This document shows, in pieces, positions 12,759-24,764 of a DNA stretch of 64,000 nucleotides (the stretch's first letter is position 1; each line of letters starts with the position of its first letter). The stretch is taken from NCBI RefSeq assembly GCF_964204645.1, contig NC_134029.1, positions 24,298,950-24,362,949 on the forward strand, read 5' to 3'. The notes under the pieces are model-generated. The model saw only the letters and a list, made by a program, of their open reading frames with translations, did no database searches and was not told where the DNA came from. The DNA is from Tubulanus polymorphus. Lineage: Eukaryota > Animalia > Nemertea. Both the position numbers and the translations under genes were made by a program.

Positions 12759-13024
12759 AGACGAGAAGATACACAATATCCGTGTAATGATGATAACGAG
12801 AGAAATTCCACAATAACGAAGCCAAGATTGAAAAATTCTCTATCAGAATGATTATATTTGAGGAGCGACGTTTCGGCTAACAACTGTTAGCCATCATCAG
12901 GCGTACTCAGACTCAGTACGCCCTGATGGGTAACAGTTGTTAGCCGAAACGTCGCTCCTCAAATACAATCATTCTGATATAGAATTTTAAATCTTGGCTT
13001 CGTTATTGCGGGATTCCTCTCGTT
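12759..13024 (-). mobile_element. Hammerhead-bearing element copy 3 (fold-back dimer) in the last nAChR intron
   Basis: Minus-strand CTGATGA (12900-12894)-TGGCTAACAGTTGTTAGCC-GAAACGTC (12874-12867). The inverted plus-strand copy has a deleted core (CTGATG-GG). Flanks AACTGAGAAGTG/AACTGAGTAGTG. Confidence 0.78.
12860..12908 (-). ncRNA. Minimal type I hammerhead ribozyme motif (palindromic ACGU stem III, predicted cleavage after GUC)
   Basis: Reads GAGTACGC-CTGATGA-TGGCTAAC AGTT GTTAGCC-GAAA-CGTC-GCTCCTC; all core nucleotides are present. Activity is untested. Confidence 0.65.
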
Positions 13025-13165
13025 AACTGAGTAGTGGTTTAGGCGTTCGACACGGCGTCGCGGGTTCGAACCCCGTACATTACCGTGAGACAATGATTGG
13101 CTCTCTCCACCTAAAGTAAATGGGCACTGTCTCCAATCCGAGAATAAATGGGTTCCTGGCCCGAT
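13025..13165 (+). mobile_element. tRNA-derived SINE fragment
   Basis: A-box-like TGAGTAGTGG, B-box GGTTCGAACC at ~13063-13072, then CTCTCCACC...TAAATGGG blocks typical of invertebrate SINE central domains. Confidence 0.5.
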
Positions 13166-13383
13166 AGATGTCTCCTGAGCGCTGGGCAGACATTATTGTT
13201 GAACATCGGCACTCGAAGCTTGAATAAGGCTCCGCCTTATTTTCTTATCGGTATAGTTTGAATAATAGTTTAGAGTTTAGGGGGGGACCAGGTTTCAGTA
13301 CAACAACTCATCATATCATCGAGTCTATACAATTGGGGCTCATTATGCTTTCGACCGTCTTGTCATATAAGAGATATACTTAC

Positions 13384-13919
13384 TAATTAGCGGTACAAAT
13401 TCTGACGTTTCAGGCAGATTTTCCGCAACTGCCAACATGAAAACGGAAAACGCCAACAGTACAGTAATACCGAGAGCTATCTTCTCTCCAGAATCGGGTG
13501 GAAGACAAAAAACTAACAGAGTCAGGGCGGACATCATTATACACGGAAATATCACGTTATACATGTAATATAAAGTTCGCCTTTTGATGTAAATGTGAAA
13601 CGTAACGTCGGGAAAAGGTTCAATACAACACGGGTAAATAACGACATTACGTTCCACGAATATATTAGTTAAATCCCATTCTCCGTTTACTATATAATTA
13701 GATATGTCCACATCGTCCGAACGGTTTGTTATGTCGACTTGAAATCCGTCGTAAGTCCACGATCCGAATTTTAGTCGACACTTCTGCTCGTCGAACGGAA
13801 AATACGTAACGTCCAGTTTGCACGTGCTTTGCAGTTTTGTAGGCACCGGCCAAAATACTGTACCATCTGATTGGATCATTGCATTTGCGGGCATTTGATC
13901 ATCAGTATATTCTGCAGCG
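13384..13919 (-). CDS. CHRNA10-like: nAChR alpha9/10-like exon 5 (Cys-loop, loops B and C, M1, M2)
   Basis: Acceptor ttgcAG at 13921-13920, donor GTAAGT at 13383. Motifs CKLDVTYFPFDEQKC, FGSWTYDG, YPCCIEPFPD and PPDSGEKIALGITVLLAFSVFML. Confidence 0.97.
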
Positions 13920-14338
13920 CTGCAATGTAGAAAAATAGAAAATTCCATTGACTCAGTGGTGGTGGCTAACCCTGATCCTAACCCGTGGTGACCACTATCT
14001 ATTCGTTAACGAATTGGGGCTTATTTCCAAGGTTTTATTGTCCTACAATTCAATACGATGCGATAATCGTTAATCGCTTCTAAAACAAGACACAAAATAC
14101 AAGACATCCACGTTGACCTGACAGACCTATACGAACTGGGACTTTACTGGACTAACGTCCTGTGGATTCAGGTAAAGGTTTAAGATTGTGGACTATTTTT
14201 GCATTTTTAGTGATTAAAACCCATGTCATAACTAAAAGAATTGAACAGAAGGTTCCTGCCTATTGGGTTTAATCTCTAGACTAGAATCCTTGACGCGCGG
14301 GTAACACAGTCGACAGGATTCAGATACGAGCTACTTAC

Positions 14339-14448
14339 TTATTATACAAAACAATATCAGGAAGCCATATTTTATGACATGGTAACCGTATCGTGTGAAT
14401 TTGACCGAAATTTTTTGGTTTCCATTTCAGAAATTCGTCATTCCATTC
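14339..14448 (-). CDS. CHRNA10-like: nAChR alpha9/10-like exon 4 (110 nt, loop A)
   Basis: Acceptor tttcAG, donor GTAAGT. Encodes EWNDEFLKWKPKNFGQIHTIRLPCHKIWLPDIVLYN; 110 nt is the classic size for this nAChR exon. Confidence 0.95.
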
Positions 14449-17366
14449 CTGAAATAAAAAATGAAATAACTTTAGAACGTTAGAACTTTTGACCCGCTGG
14501 ATCCGGGAGACTTTTGTGACTTTAGTAAGAAGGCCTTCAAAACATTGCGAATGCCTTGCAATAATCAACGATTTCATCATCAGTTACATCATTTTGAAAA
14601 CCCAATGTTGTCAATAATCGAGGGTATTTTATCAGTTATCCGGACACCACTGCTGGAGTGTCCTTTTCTAATCAGTTTACCCCCTTGTTATTTGGTGACA
14701 CCCACAGATCAGTCACAGATTAACGTCACGATTATAGGATGTGCTTCTATTAAGCGGTTAAGCCGAAACCACTTTTCAACATTCTCGATTGCGAATTATT
14801 CGAGGCTCAAAATTCAGCGTTTTATGTCTTTAAATAAATACGATTCGACGACGGGTTTATTTTCGTTGGATTCGGTCTTTATTTGTTTTTCATCCCGAAG
14901 CGGTGATTATCGTCAGTTCTGTTTCTCTTTAAACTGTGTCGTCAATCGGGAAGATTTGATCGAAATTACGAATAAACAACACCGCATTTAGTTTATTAGT
15001 CGCGGAATTCGCGACGAGAAAACGGAGAAAAATTCAGGGCGAATTGCCTGATATATTTCATCCTTAAAATGTTCTAGTATCTCGTTAATATACGAGGAAT
15101 CTGTCAGAAACGTCACTCATTTATTCATAAGCGACAGAATTCTAGACACATTTATTACGCGAAATGGATTTTCATTGATTTTATATGTTTTTCGATAACC
15201 CTTTTGCCATGTCATGTTGTGTAACCTGTTTTTCAGCCCAATCAGTGAGTTTGTTTCAGACACGTCCAGCGATGATCTCGAAGTGAGAGTTCGAAACGTC
15301 GTGTATTTTGATTTAAATTCTTGATAAATAAAGTTAGTTTTTTCTGTTCTCCACGTCAGAGTGGACTAGGCTATTCTACTGCGTGTATTTCTAATCCAGT
15401 CTCTACTTTAATTTGTATCAGTTTAGGTTTGTCTTGAGAAGAGGCGTATTTTAACCCGTTAACGTTCGACGCATTATCAAAGATACAGAAATGAGAAAAA
15501 GGCGAGAATGTTTGTTATCTTATGGATAGCCATCAAAACTGAAGGATTTAGAATCTTTGAAGTAAATTATAGATTCCAACAAACTTTTATTTTTTTCGGA
15601 AGAGAAAACTATGAAGTTCAATGAGAGAATATAGCTGCAAAGGTTTTAAACAGAAAACCCTAAAAATCCGCTCGATCAAGCAATGTTTGATGTTCAGAGA
15701 TTTACAGAACGCTTTCATTGTTAATGAAGCCTGTCTTTAGTTGGATTTTAATTACAGTTCAGTTCATGCTAGATTTCAACACGACTAATTTTCAACGTTC
15801 GAATCTAAATTGCAGTTCTTCCTGATCCTAAATTGGTGTTGTTGTCTTGGTTTGGTATCGAGAGAAGTATTTGCCTCGAAGTGTAACTGCGATGTCGCGA
15901 GTCAGTCACCTTTGTTTTAGACACACCGTCAACTTGTCTTTACGTGACGGTGAAAATCTACAAAACCTTTGAGAGAGAATGTGTTTATTTCGCTGCCTCC
16001 TGCGATCAGAACCTCCCTAGGCCTCACTGTGTATCGATAATTTTTTCCGCTAGATTAACGCAGATAATTTGCGCCATCGAAAGTGGAAAATGTCACAATG
16101 CACGAACAGCCCTCACTCTCTTACTCACTCGCCCCTCACTCTCCCACTTGCTCCTCACTCACTCGCTCCCACGAGACACTTGTCTATATTTGATGGGGTA
16201 TAATTAGTTTCTGGTTCTGCGTCAGAATATTCTGACCTTTCTTACTGATCCGATCAGGAGATAGGAAGAACACGGATTATATCTCAGGCCGTTATCAGTC
16301 ACATGTTTTGCCTCACGATCTGATTGGTATTGGTGATTATTATAAAACCGGGTAATGGCGCCTTGCTGGGTCTCCATCATCGTATTCATTTTAAGCCGAT
16401 TGATTTTTGCCAGAGAATAAGGAATGGAGTCTGCGTGAAATGCTACTCTTGCTATCACCATCTTTACTGAAAATTGCTGTCCCTGATTTGAAACAATTTA
16501 GGACTACTATGTGATGGATGATACCAAGGACTTTTCGTTTTAGAGTCACATCATGCGAGTTACCTATTGACCCTTACGATAGGGGGCGCTTTATGTCAAG
16601 GTCACGCTAGTGGCACCAAAATCCACCAAAAATCTTATATTTCGTAGAGAAAGATTCTCTGATGGATCGAATGATCGTTTAATCTAAATTCTCGCGTGTA
16701 ATATTCGCTGATTAACGACATGTTGAATGGGGATATCTTTCTATGACGTGTGCGAATTGAATCGCTGATCACCCGGCGGACTAATCTATAGAGTGATTAG
16801 TATTCTCGAGTATTTGGTGTTACGGGCGTCTGATGTTCTGTTTCACGCGACCGGTCCGTCGGTAACTAATTCCGTCGCATTTGTTCCAGTATAGGCGATA
16901 ATTAGCCATTTAGAGGGTCGTAAATTCTGTGATCAGTAACAGTTGATTCATCGAAGCGCGTTGATATAAACACTGCACGGGCTGATACTGCTAGCGCTCA
17001 TTCAAAAACCTCGCATTTTCTTTGAATATTCAAACGGCTTAGATTTTCGCGGGTTGTTGTCATTTTTCTGGTTTGAACCCTTCATTGACTGGTGCTATAT
17101 TCACATTTGCGTTTCGTGTGTCCCCTTTTCTTCATTATGTCATCAATTTTATACTTAGAATAAATTACAATCGTGAATCGCCTACTGTTAATCGTAGTTT
17201 GTTTGCCTATCTAGGGGGCAGCACCTTACTGTCTGCGATGATTCAGTGATTTTACCATATAATATGAGACGGTATTTTCGGATTCATTTTGTAGAGTTCT
17301 AGGTTCAGTTTTTTAAGTTGCATATGTTAGTTTTTCAAACTGATATCGTCGTGACACAATACGTAC

Positions 17367-17411
17367 CTGATCCAACCAAACGTTTGTCACAAGAATCTGA
17401 TTTTTCTCATC
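17367..17411 (-). CDS. CHRNA10-like: nAChR alpha9/10-like exon 3 (45 nt, loop D); not in the ORF track
   Basis: ttttcAG|GAT GAG AAA AAT CAG ATT CTT GTG ACA AAC GTT TGG TTG GAT CAG|GTACGT, i.e. DEKNQILVTNVWLDQ; 45 nt is the classic size for this nAChR exon. Confidence 0.95.
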
Positions 17412-17625
17412 CTGAAAAGAAAGATGACGAAAGTAACTGATTTAGAATTCCATAAAAGGAAGCAAACATCGGCCCTATATTAGGTTGTAACCAGTGTAGA
17501 CCTCCGCATCGATGTCTAATTAACACAATCGTCTACTATCACGGTTTGACTCTTCAAAGTTGAAATTTCATATGTAGTTCATTCCTAATGTTATGAAATT
17601 AAAAGGATTCAAATCTTAAAACCCA

Positions 17626-17843
17626 GGGCCCAGTTTTATAGACCGGTATTAACTCCAGGGTCCAGTTTCACAGTTCTGAATTAACACTTGACCCTGGGTT
17701 AAAACATTGAAAATAAACTGACTTTAACTCAGAGTTAACTCTTACTCACAACTGTGGAACTGGGCCGAGGTGGCTAACTTAATTCACTTCCATTTGAATT
17801 AACCCCTAGGTTAATGATGATACCAGTCAATAAAACCGGGCCC
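17626..17843. mobile_element. Nested MITEs (outer 17626-17843, inner ~17658-17766), Harbinger-like
   Basis: Outer TIRs GGGCCCAGTTTTATAGACCGGTAT / ATACCAGTCAATAAAACCGGGCCC. Inner TIRs GGGTCCAGTTTCACAGTT / AACTGTGGAACTGGGCC. The inner element recurs inverted at 24612-24705. Confidence 0.6.
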
Positions 17844-17890
17844 GGGACTGCATCCAAAACAGTGTAAAAGAACAAAGGGACTGGGTACCA

Positions 17891-18199
17891 AACTGTGGAA
17901 CTGGGTCCTGTAACTGTGGAACTGGGTCCTGTAACTGTGGAACTGGGTCCTGTAACTGCGGAACTGGGTCCTGTAACTGCGGAACTCGGTCCTGTAACTG
18001 CGGAACTGGGTCCTGTAACTGTGAAAATTGGTCCTGTAACTGTGGAACTGGGTTCTGTAACTGTGGAACTGGGTCCTGTAACTGTGGAACTGGGTCCTGT
18101 AACTGCGGAACTGGGTCCTGTAACTGTGGAACTGGGTTCAGTAACTGTGAAAATGGGTCCTGTAACTGTGGAACTGGGTCCTGTAACTGTGGAACTGGG
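17891..18199. repeat. 21-bp minisatellite (AACTGTGGAACTGGGTCCTGT, ~15 copies)
   Basis: Direct reading; explains ORFs 17827..18297 and 17895..18275. Confidence 0.95.
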
Positions 18200-21100
18200 G
18201 TCGGACTCACTGTCACATTCCGGTCACGACACTGTTCTGAATATTTGCCGCCCACGACGCCGCCACATTTTTTAATGAACCATCGCCACGAATGCATTTT
18301 CTTTTCTTTCTTTTCTCATCAAAGAAAAGCAAAAAAAAATGGTTTTAATCCTTCATTCAACGAGTCGAGAGTCTGAACGTTTTACGTTCGTCGTGATTTG
18401 AATACAAGTCGTGGATGATTCCGTTTGATCCTGAGACAAGTCGTAAACCGCAAAGCGTCGACACTACAGCAGTGGATCTCGTTTAAAAACATCGACAAAA
18501 ATAAGATTAAACTTTCATAAAGCTTCGTGTCCTTGTTATGGATTGATTTACGGCTTTAAAAGAATCAGTAGGAAGCAGGGTTGGGGAAGGAGGGCGGGAG
18601 GAGGTCGTGTCCGCTGAGGTCGTAATTTTGAATTTCAAATTTATCTGAAGAGGAAGATGTTTGAGAAAACAAAAGTATACGATATTCAAATTGAACATTG
18701 CAGAATATATTACCAGGAATTAGAAAATGAAATAGCAAAAAAGTGAATGACTAATGTAGTTGAAAAAATGCAATCAATAACATGATCAGACATTGCGAGA
18801 CATTGCGTGGCATTGCGTGGCACGCATCGTCGATTTAATCAACGATTTTAGGTAAACGGTGCACGCGGTGTATCTGACACAGACGTAGCCAGCCATCAGT
18901 TTGAGAATTTCACTAGAAATCGTTAATGGATATGTCAAACAAATCCGGATGGGATTGATGTGTAACGGATAGGAATCACAATCACACAGTGTCGTGTATA
19001 TAGTCAAAACTACGATATCGCCTAAAAACCTATCATTCATTATAAAGTTAAATCTATAAACTCGGGTATTGAATCATCAAAGGTAACACGTCTGAGTGAC
19101 CCCATCACGGAGGAACCTTTTTGATACGGTTATTTTTAAGAACCCTCTCGAACAGGTTCTTTCAAGAGCCCGGAAGGGTTCCTCCACACACAGAAGCTAG
19201 CGTAGTTTTAAAGGCCCACTAAGGTTCTTCAGAAGAGCTATTTGTTCTAAGTTTGTAGTGAACCGATTCTTATAAATCCGATGTGTTGAAACTGTAAAAC
19301 GAGAAATACATCCGCTCGTGTTAAAGTTCGACCAATTCATCCTGTTGACTCAATTCATCTTTTCGACTCAAAACTTTTGCTTTCAGATTTTAAACCCGTG
19401 TCCCGTTATAAATGTCACAGTTCACGCGAGACCTTGAACATTGTATTAGTTTAAAATTCTCGGCTATATTTTAAACTTCAACGGTATCATTAGAATACAT
19501 TTAAAACTTTGATGTCTATAAACGCGAACAGGATGTATTGGAGACTGTTATAAGCTTGGCGTATGACAACTTAGGGCTTATTAACACATGATTCGATCGT
19601 ACAAAAATTCTAAAACGGTCGTTGATGCATCATCGGTTAAATAGATGGCATAGTTTTACTTTTCGTCCTTAGGTTGGAATATGATCCGATCTGTGATGAG
19701 GTTTAGGGGTTGAAAAAGAAGTCTCATAATAATGACTGGCAACGACATTTTTCATTATTATCAAACCATCAATACATCTCCATTATGATAAGTACAACAT
19801 AGTAGGGTAGATTTAAGCCGCGATCACAACGAACATCTTTGGCCCGGAACAGAGTTCGGTAGATAAGTAGGAGTCGTATAGTCAAATACTGAGCTTCAGT
19901 GTGGGTGAAGGGATGAGTGTATAATGTGCTACCAGTTTTATAACGACTCTGCTCTTATTTGAACTCGTTTAAAGACTTAAATCGAATCGAAGTGTTAATA
20001 ACTGTCGCTATAGTCCTGACGTTATCCTAATATCCCACTCCCCGGATATCACTCCCCGGATATGTGAGGTCAGGTTAATATTGAAGCCTGTTGACTGTTT
20101 TCAGGGACATCTTGTTCTCAAAGTCTTATTGAAGAAAATAGACGACGATGCCGCTATGCGTATTCGTGTAACGTTTCACCAGAGTTTGAGTCATTCATTC
20201 TGAGCTACGTTCGCAGTTGTGGCAGTGTTTTTTAGATTCGACCTTTAATATAAATCGTCAGTCAGTCACGCGTTTATTCGCCAAGGAAAACTTCACAGTT
20301 AAATAATGCAAATTCGGAACGATTTTCGCGTTCACTGAGAGTCGAACGACACGGCATTAGACATTGTCATCTTGACGTGATAAACATACGCGATATAAAA
20401 ACCGACTTCAAATTCAATATAGAATCATCCGCGAGGCAAGAGTCGCCCAATTAAAATATCAAATCACGACTTTTGCCTTTTAGTTGGCAGCGACACATCC
20501 GGAGCAGTATCGCGCTAAAGAACACATCCCGCGGGACAGTTATTGCCAGTGTATAACTACACAAAATAATCAGGTCTTTTCTAGTCCAATTACTCAGCCA
20601 TCAGTAGAGAATGTTACTGAACTCCCGCGGGGCCTGGGAGCAAAATCAACCCCGCACAATGGCCGTCAAAGTTCAAGCTGACTTAACCGCAGACGGAATA
20701 CGCTACAGGGCAAACCTTAAACCGGCAAACCTTATACCGGCAAACCTTATACCGGCAAACCTTTCCTATCTGCCGAATTCTTATACATGAAAAGCTCCAT
20801 TATGGATGAATCATTCTACTCAAGGTTAGAGTATCTCTTATAGTCTGTTCTATAAGAGCTGTGTAAATTGTCGGATTCGACAGCAGTCACGAGTCTGTAC
20901 GGCGCAGGCGACACGCTGGGTCAATTCCATTCAGATAATGATGAAATCATAGTCTGTCGGATACTGCGCATACGCCCGTATATGATAATCCGAAATCAAC
21001 GAATCTTTATTGATCGCCTGAAAAAACCTTGTCATGTTCGCCCCTAATGTGTGTACACGTGATTGATAACTGCAGCAGGGATTTAAGTAACTTATGCACC

Positions 21101-21609
21101 CCTGGTAATATACCAGCCACACGGACAGAGATATATTCTGGAGAGAGAGCGCGGACTTTTACGTAAACTCATTGTGAAAGCATTGAGCAACAGACACATT
21201 TCTTTCACTGGTTGCTAATACGGGAATGGATCTTGTTCATAAACCTGGCACTTTCTCTCTCTCTCTCTTACCATTGCAGCCAGTCCACGATAAACCAGTC
21301 GCAGAACCTTTTCATTCTTTCAGTAAATCTCTGCGCAAAGGAAGTAAAAGAGTTTAAAAGAATTGTTGGTTTTCAGCTGCGCGTTAGATCTGATTGAGCA
21401 CTGTGATATCAGTCGTAGGTTGACAGGAAGTTGGCGTTGTAACTCTACGCAGGGAAAAGTAAAATCGAAGCCTTGAAACTCGTCACTGATATCGATAAAC
21501 AATAATACAAGTTGTCGGGTCTATTGATGATGCGTGTCGGTTCCTGTATAGCCATCGAGTTCCACTTAGATTCAGCTCACTCTCTATGAAATATCCTTGA
21601 ACACCTGAC

Positions 21610-21777
21610 GATTTCAGCGTTACTGCTGATTTCAGCGTTACTGTTGATTTCAGCGTTTCTGTTGTTTCTGTTACTGCTGTTGCTGTTGCTGCTGTTTCTG
21701 TTACTGCTGTTGCTGCTGGGGTGCTGGTACTGCTGCTGCTGCTGGTGCTGGTACTGCTGCTTTTGCTGCAGCTGCAT
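21610..21777. repeat. CTG/TTG-rich trinucleotide low-complexity tract
   Basis: Runs of (CTG)n and CTGTTG. Confidence 0.85.
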
Positions 21778-21848
21778 TAGACCCAATATCACATTTTCTT
21801 CTCGCTCAATGTTTCTTCAACTTCAAACATTTGCGTAATGGACGGAAT

Positions 21849-21958
21849 GACACAGTTCCACATCTGTCGGACACGGTTCCGCATCTATCGGGCACAGTTC
21901 CACATCTGTCGGACACGGTTCCGCATCCGTAGGACACAGTTCCGCATCCGTCAGACAT
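21849..21958. repeat. 21-bp minisatellite (CACAGTTCCACATCTGTCGGA, ~5 copies)
   Basis: Direct reading. Confidence 0.85.
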
Positions 21959-22404
21959 CTGTAGAGAGATCTGACATTTTGATATCTGATATTGTAGATA
22001 TCTGTAGGACAGAGTTGCGTAGTTGCATGGTACAATATACTTCACAAATGGAATCAAAATATAGAAAATGAACGTATTATGACTCCGGACTCAACTCACA
22101 TGCCTTTTATGAAATAAGATCGAGATTTTTTTAGATGAAAATTTTTTGCGGTCATATCGGTCACCTTCATCCCCTTCATCCAGTCACGACACACCGGTCT
22201 CTGATTGCTTGCAGCTCACCGGAGCGCACCTAACGCTCTTCAGTCAGCCACCGCGCGCAATGTCTCATCCGGATTACTGTGAACCAATCAATATCAATCT
22301 CAGGTAAAAATCAGAAAGTTGTGCCGTTTACTTTCTGTAAGGTGATCTGACCAGACGATTCACGAGTTGGAAGTAGTTTGACTCGATCTAGTTTTAACTC
22401 TAAA

Positions 22405-22548
22405 AGTACGTCTGATGATGGCTAGTATTTAGCCGAAACGTTGCTCAAATAAATATCTTGTCTAGTATTGACATCTTTTTGGCTGAATTTGTTGTGGGAT
22501 CTTTCTCGTTTATTCATCATACACGGATATTTTGTATCTTCTCGACTC
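22405..22548 (+). mobile_element. Hammerhead-bearing element copy 4
   Basis: CTGATGA at 22412-22418, stem II GGCTA/TAGCC, GAAACGTT at 22435-22442, tail TTGTGGGAT...ATACACGGATATTTTGTATCTTCTCGACTC. Confidence 0.72.
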
Positions 22549-24611
22549 AGTTCTGGACATTTGCCACACAACAACAACAGATAGTCGGGAGATTTACAAA
22601 TTTCGAGAGTCCGTCGTGTAAATTGTGTTTGCCAACCATTATGATAGTTGTCTATGGCTCGAAATTCAAGTTCCAATTTATATCTCGAAATGACAGGCTA
22701 TATACAGAGATTTAAAAAGATAACAAACAAAAAAATTATAATATTCAACAGTTAAATAGAGAGAAAAAAAAAGTATCTTTCTGTGTATGGGTAGCCTTGA
22801 GGCTGCTGAGGTCACAAGCATCCAGTAAAAAGGGAATGGACATAATATGAAAAGAAATGAGAATGTCTCCCCAGGTGACTGACCCTCCATTGTGAAAGAG
22901 GGCAAATAACCACAGACACTTCCTGCGTCGGATGTCGAATATCGCAAATCTTTCGGTCGTAAATAGGTCAATCGTCGGAAGAAAATGTCGCAAGGAATAT
23001 TCCATTTACCGCATCGTTAAACTAGTTACTGCAGGTATCGGTATTTATGACCAGTGTCAGCAGTGATTGAATTTACCACGGCTGACAGCAGCAGCGGCAG
23101 CAGCGGCGACGACAGGTCATCTGAGTAAAGTTATTACTGCCTGGCCGCGGTTAGATCCCCGATACAAACACACCGCAGTTTTACCCGAAAACTACATCAT
23201 TCAACAACTGAAGCAATTGGATGATTTTACCGCCAGCGAGTTCTGTTTATCGAATCACGTGATCTTGTTTGTAAATGATTCGATTGGCCGTTTTTACTGT
23301 CCACGTGACCTGATTCGAATACGGCTGGTATTTTCTACGTTGGTAAATGTTCGACAAAAAGCGACCGTTTTCCATTCAATGACAGATGTACGGAGGTTAT
23401 ACCTAATGCCATTTTGGGTGTCCTATCCGGTGTTAGACACGGATTTTCAATTGTTTTCGGAGTTTCCTAGATGAGATGCGTATTCATTATTTCTTGGCTT
23501 CCTCTGGGTTGGAACCTTGTTAGCTCGTGCGAGTGAGTGGGATGACAATAACATGAAATCCAAGCTTACAATGATACTCATCAGTATAATTCTATACTTA
23601 TTTGGGTTGATATTCCGGCAGGCGGAAGTTGTTGGACGTCCTTGTAAAATGAGGCTTTAAACCTACCTACTGAGTCTTGATACAGTCTCTACTTACACCA
23701 CTCGTGTCGTGTAGACTTTCTACGCAGAATGAAAGGAGACCGAGGGCGAATTATTGCTTCGCGCACGAGATAAGAAAACGTCGAAGAATCTGCACTTGAA
23801 AGAATAAGTGAATTGAGATAAACAGCAGCGAGCGTCGACCGCACATGGACGACAGCCTCGGGCTAAACTTACTTTTCCTTTTATAATCGTTATCAATAAC
23901 CGATAACGATTACCCTCCGATCTATTACTAGCTGCTTGTCGTCTGTCAATCATAACAGCACAAAATATCAACTATCCTGAAGTATCCTGAAGAAACTGAT
24001 CGGTTGTGAAACTTTGCGTTTGTCGTGTTTTTATCCGCACACTATCGTATGTACGATACGTGTGTGATGGGCGCCAAAGGGCCATGTTTCAGGGATTCAA
24101 GTTTGTTACTTCTCCTGTTGTCCATCGACTTGAATTATCTTTTAATCGTCGTGTATTTTTCTTATGGTATTAGATTCGTGAACAAAGAATGATGATGATG
24201 ATGATGAGATAATTGTTAGACGCCTATTTCAATGAGCAAAACCAACAGTTGACGATTTGACAATTCATATTGACAATTTCCAAGTTTTGACTAAATTTCA
24301 TCATCAAAGAAACGGAAATCGTTTATAGTTTTGACGAAGTTTAATCAAAATTTCGAAATTGTCTAAATAAACTGTTAAATGGGTTTTGCTGATTAACTCT
24401 GATATACTTAGTTTGACATCAGTATACATCGGTCAATGTTAGACGTCTTGTATTTCTCCGAGTCTAAAACCTTTCTGCAGAAAATTCAATTCGTTTCAAT
24501 TCGCTGTAAATAATTGAGGCTTTCTGATGAATCGCGATGGAGCATTCTTTAACGTCTGGGAATTTGAAACGATGGTAGACGATGCATGACCGCGAAGGGA
24601 CTTCACATTCT

Positions 24612-24706
24612 GGTCCCAGTTCCACAGTTCTGAGTTGGTGTTAACTCTGAGTTAAAATCAGTTCATTTTCAATGAGTTAACTATTGAGTCAAATTTAACT
24701 CAGCAA
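24612..24706. mobile_element. MITE fragment, inverted relative of the inner element at 17658-17766
   Basis: GGTCCCAGTTCCACAGTTCTGAGTT...GTTAACTCTGAGTTAAAATCAGTTCATTTTCAATG. Confidence 0.55.
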
Positions 24707-24764
24707 CAGTATACCCCGATAACCATGAATTAGTTGATTCTCTCAGGCTGCTAATGAAACTTAC

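Noticed and set aside
17827-18297. Repetitive ORFs (PVPQLQD / ELGPVTV), and similar ORFs at 38668-38903, 41096-41728 and 49077-49391
   Set aside because: They are translations of tandem repeats with no splice or homology support.
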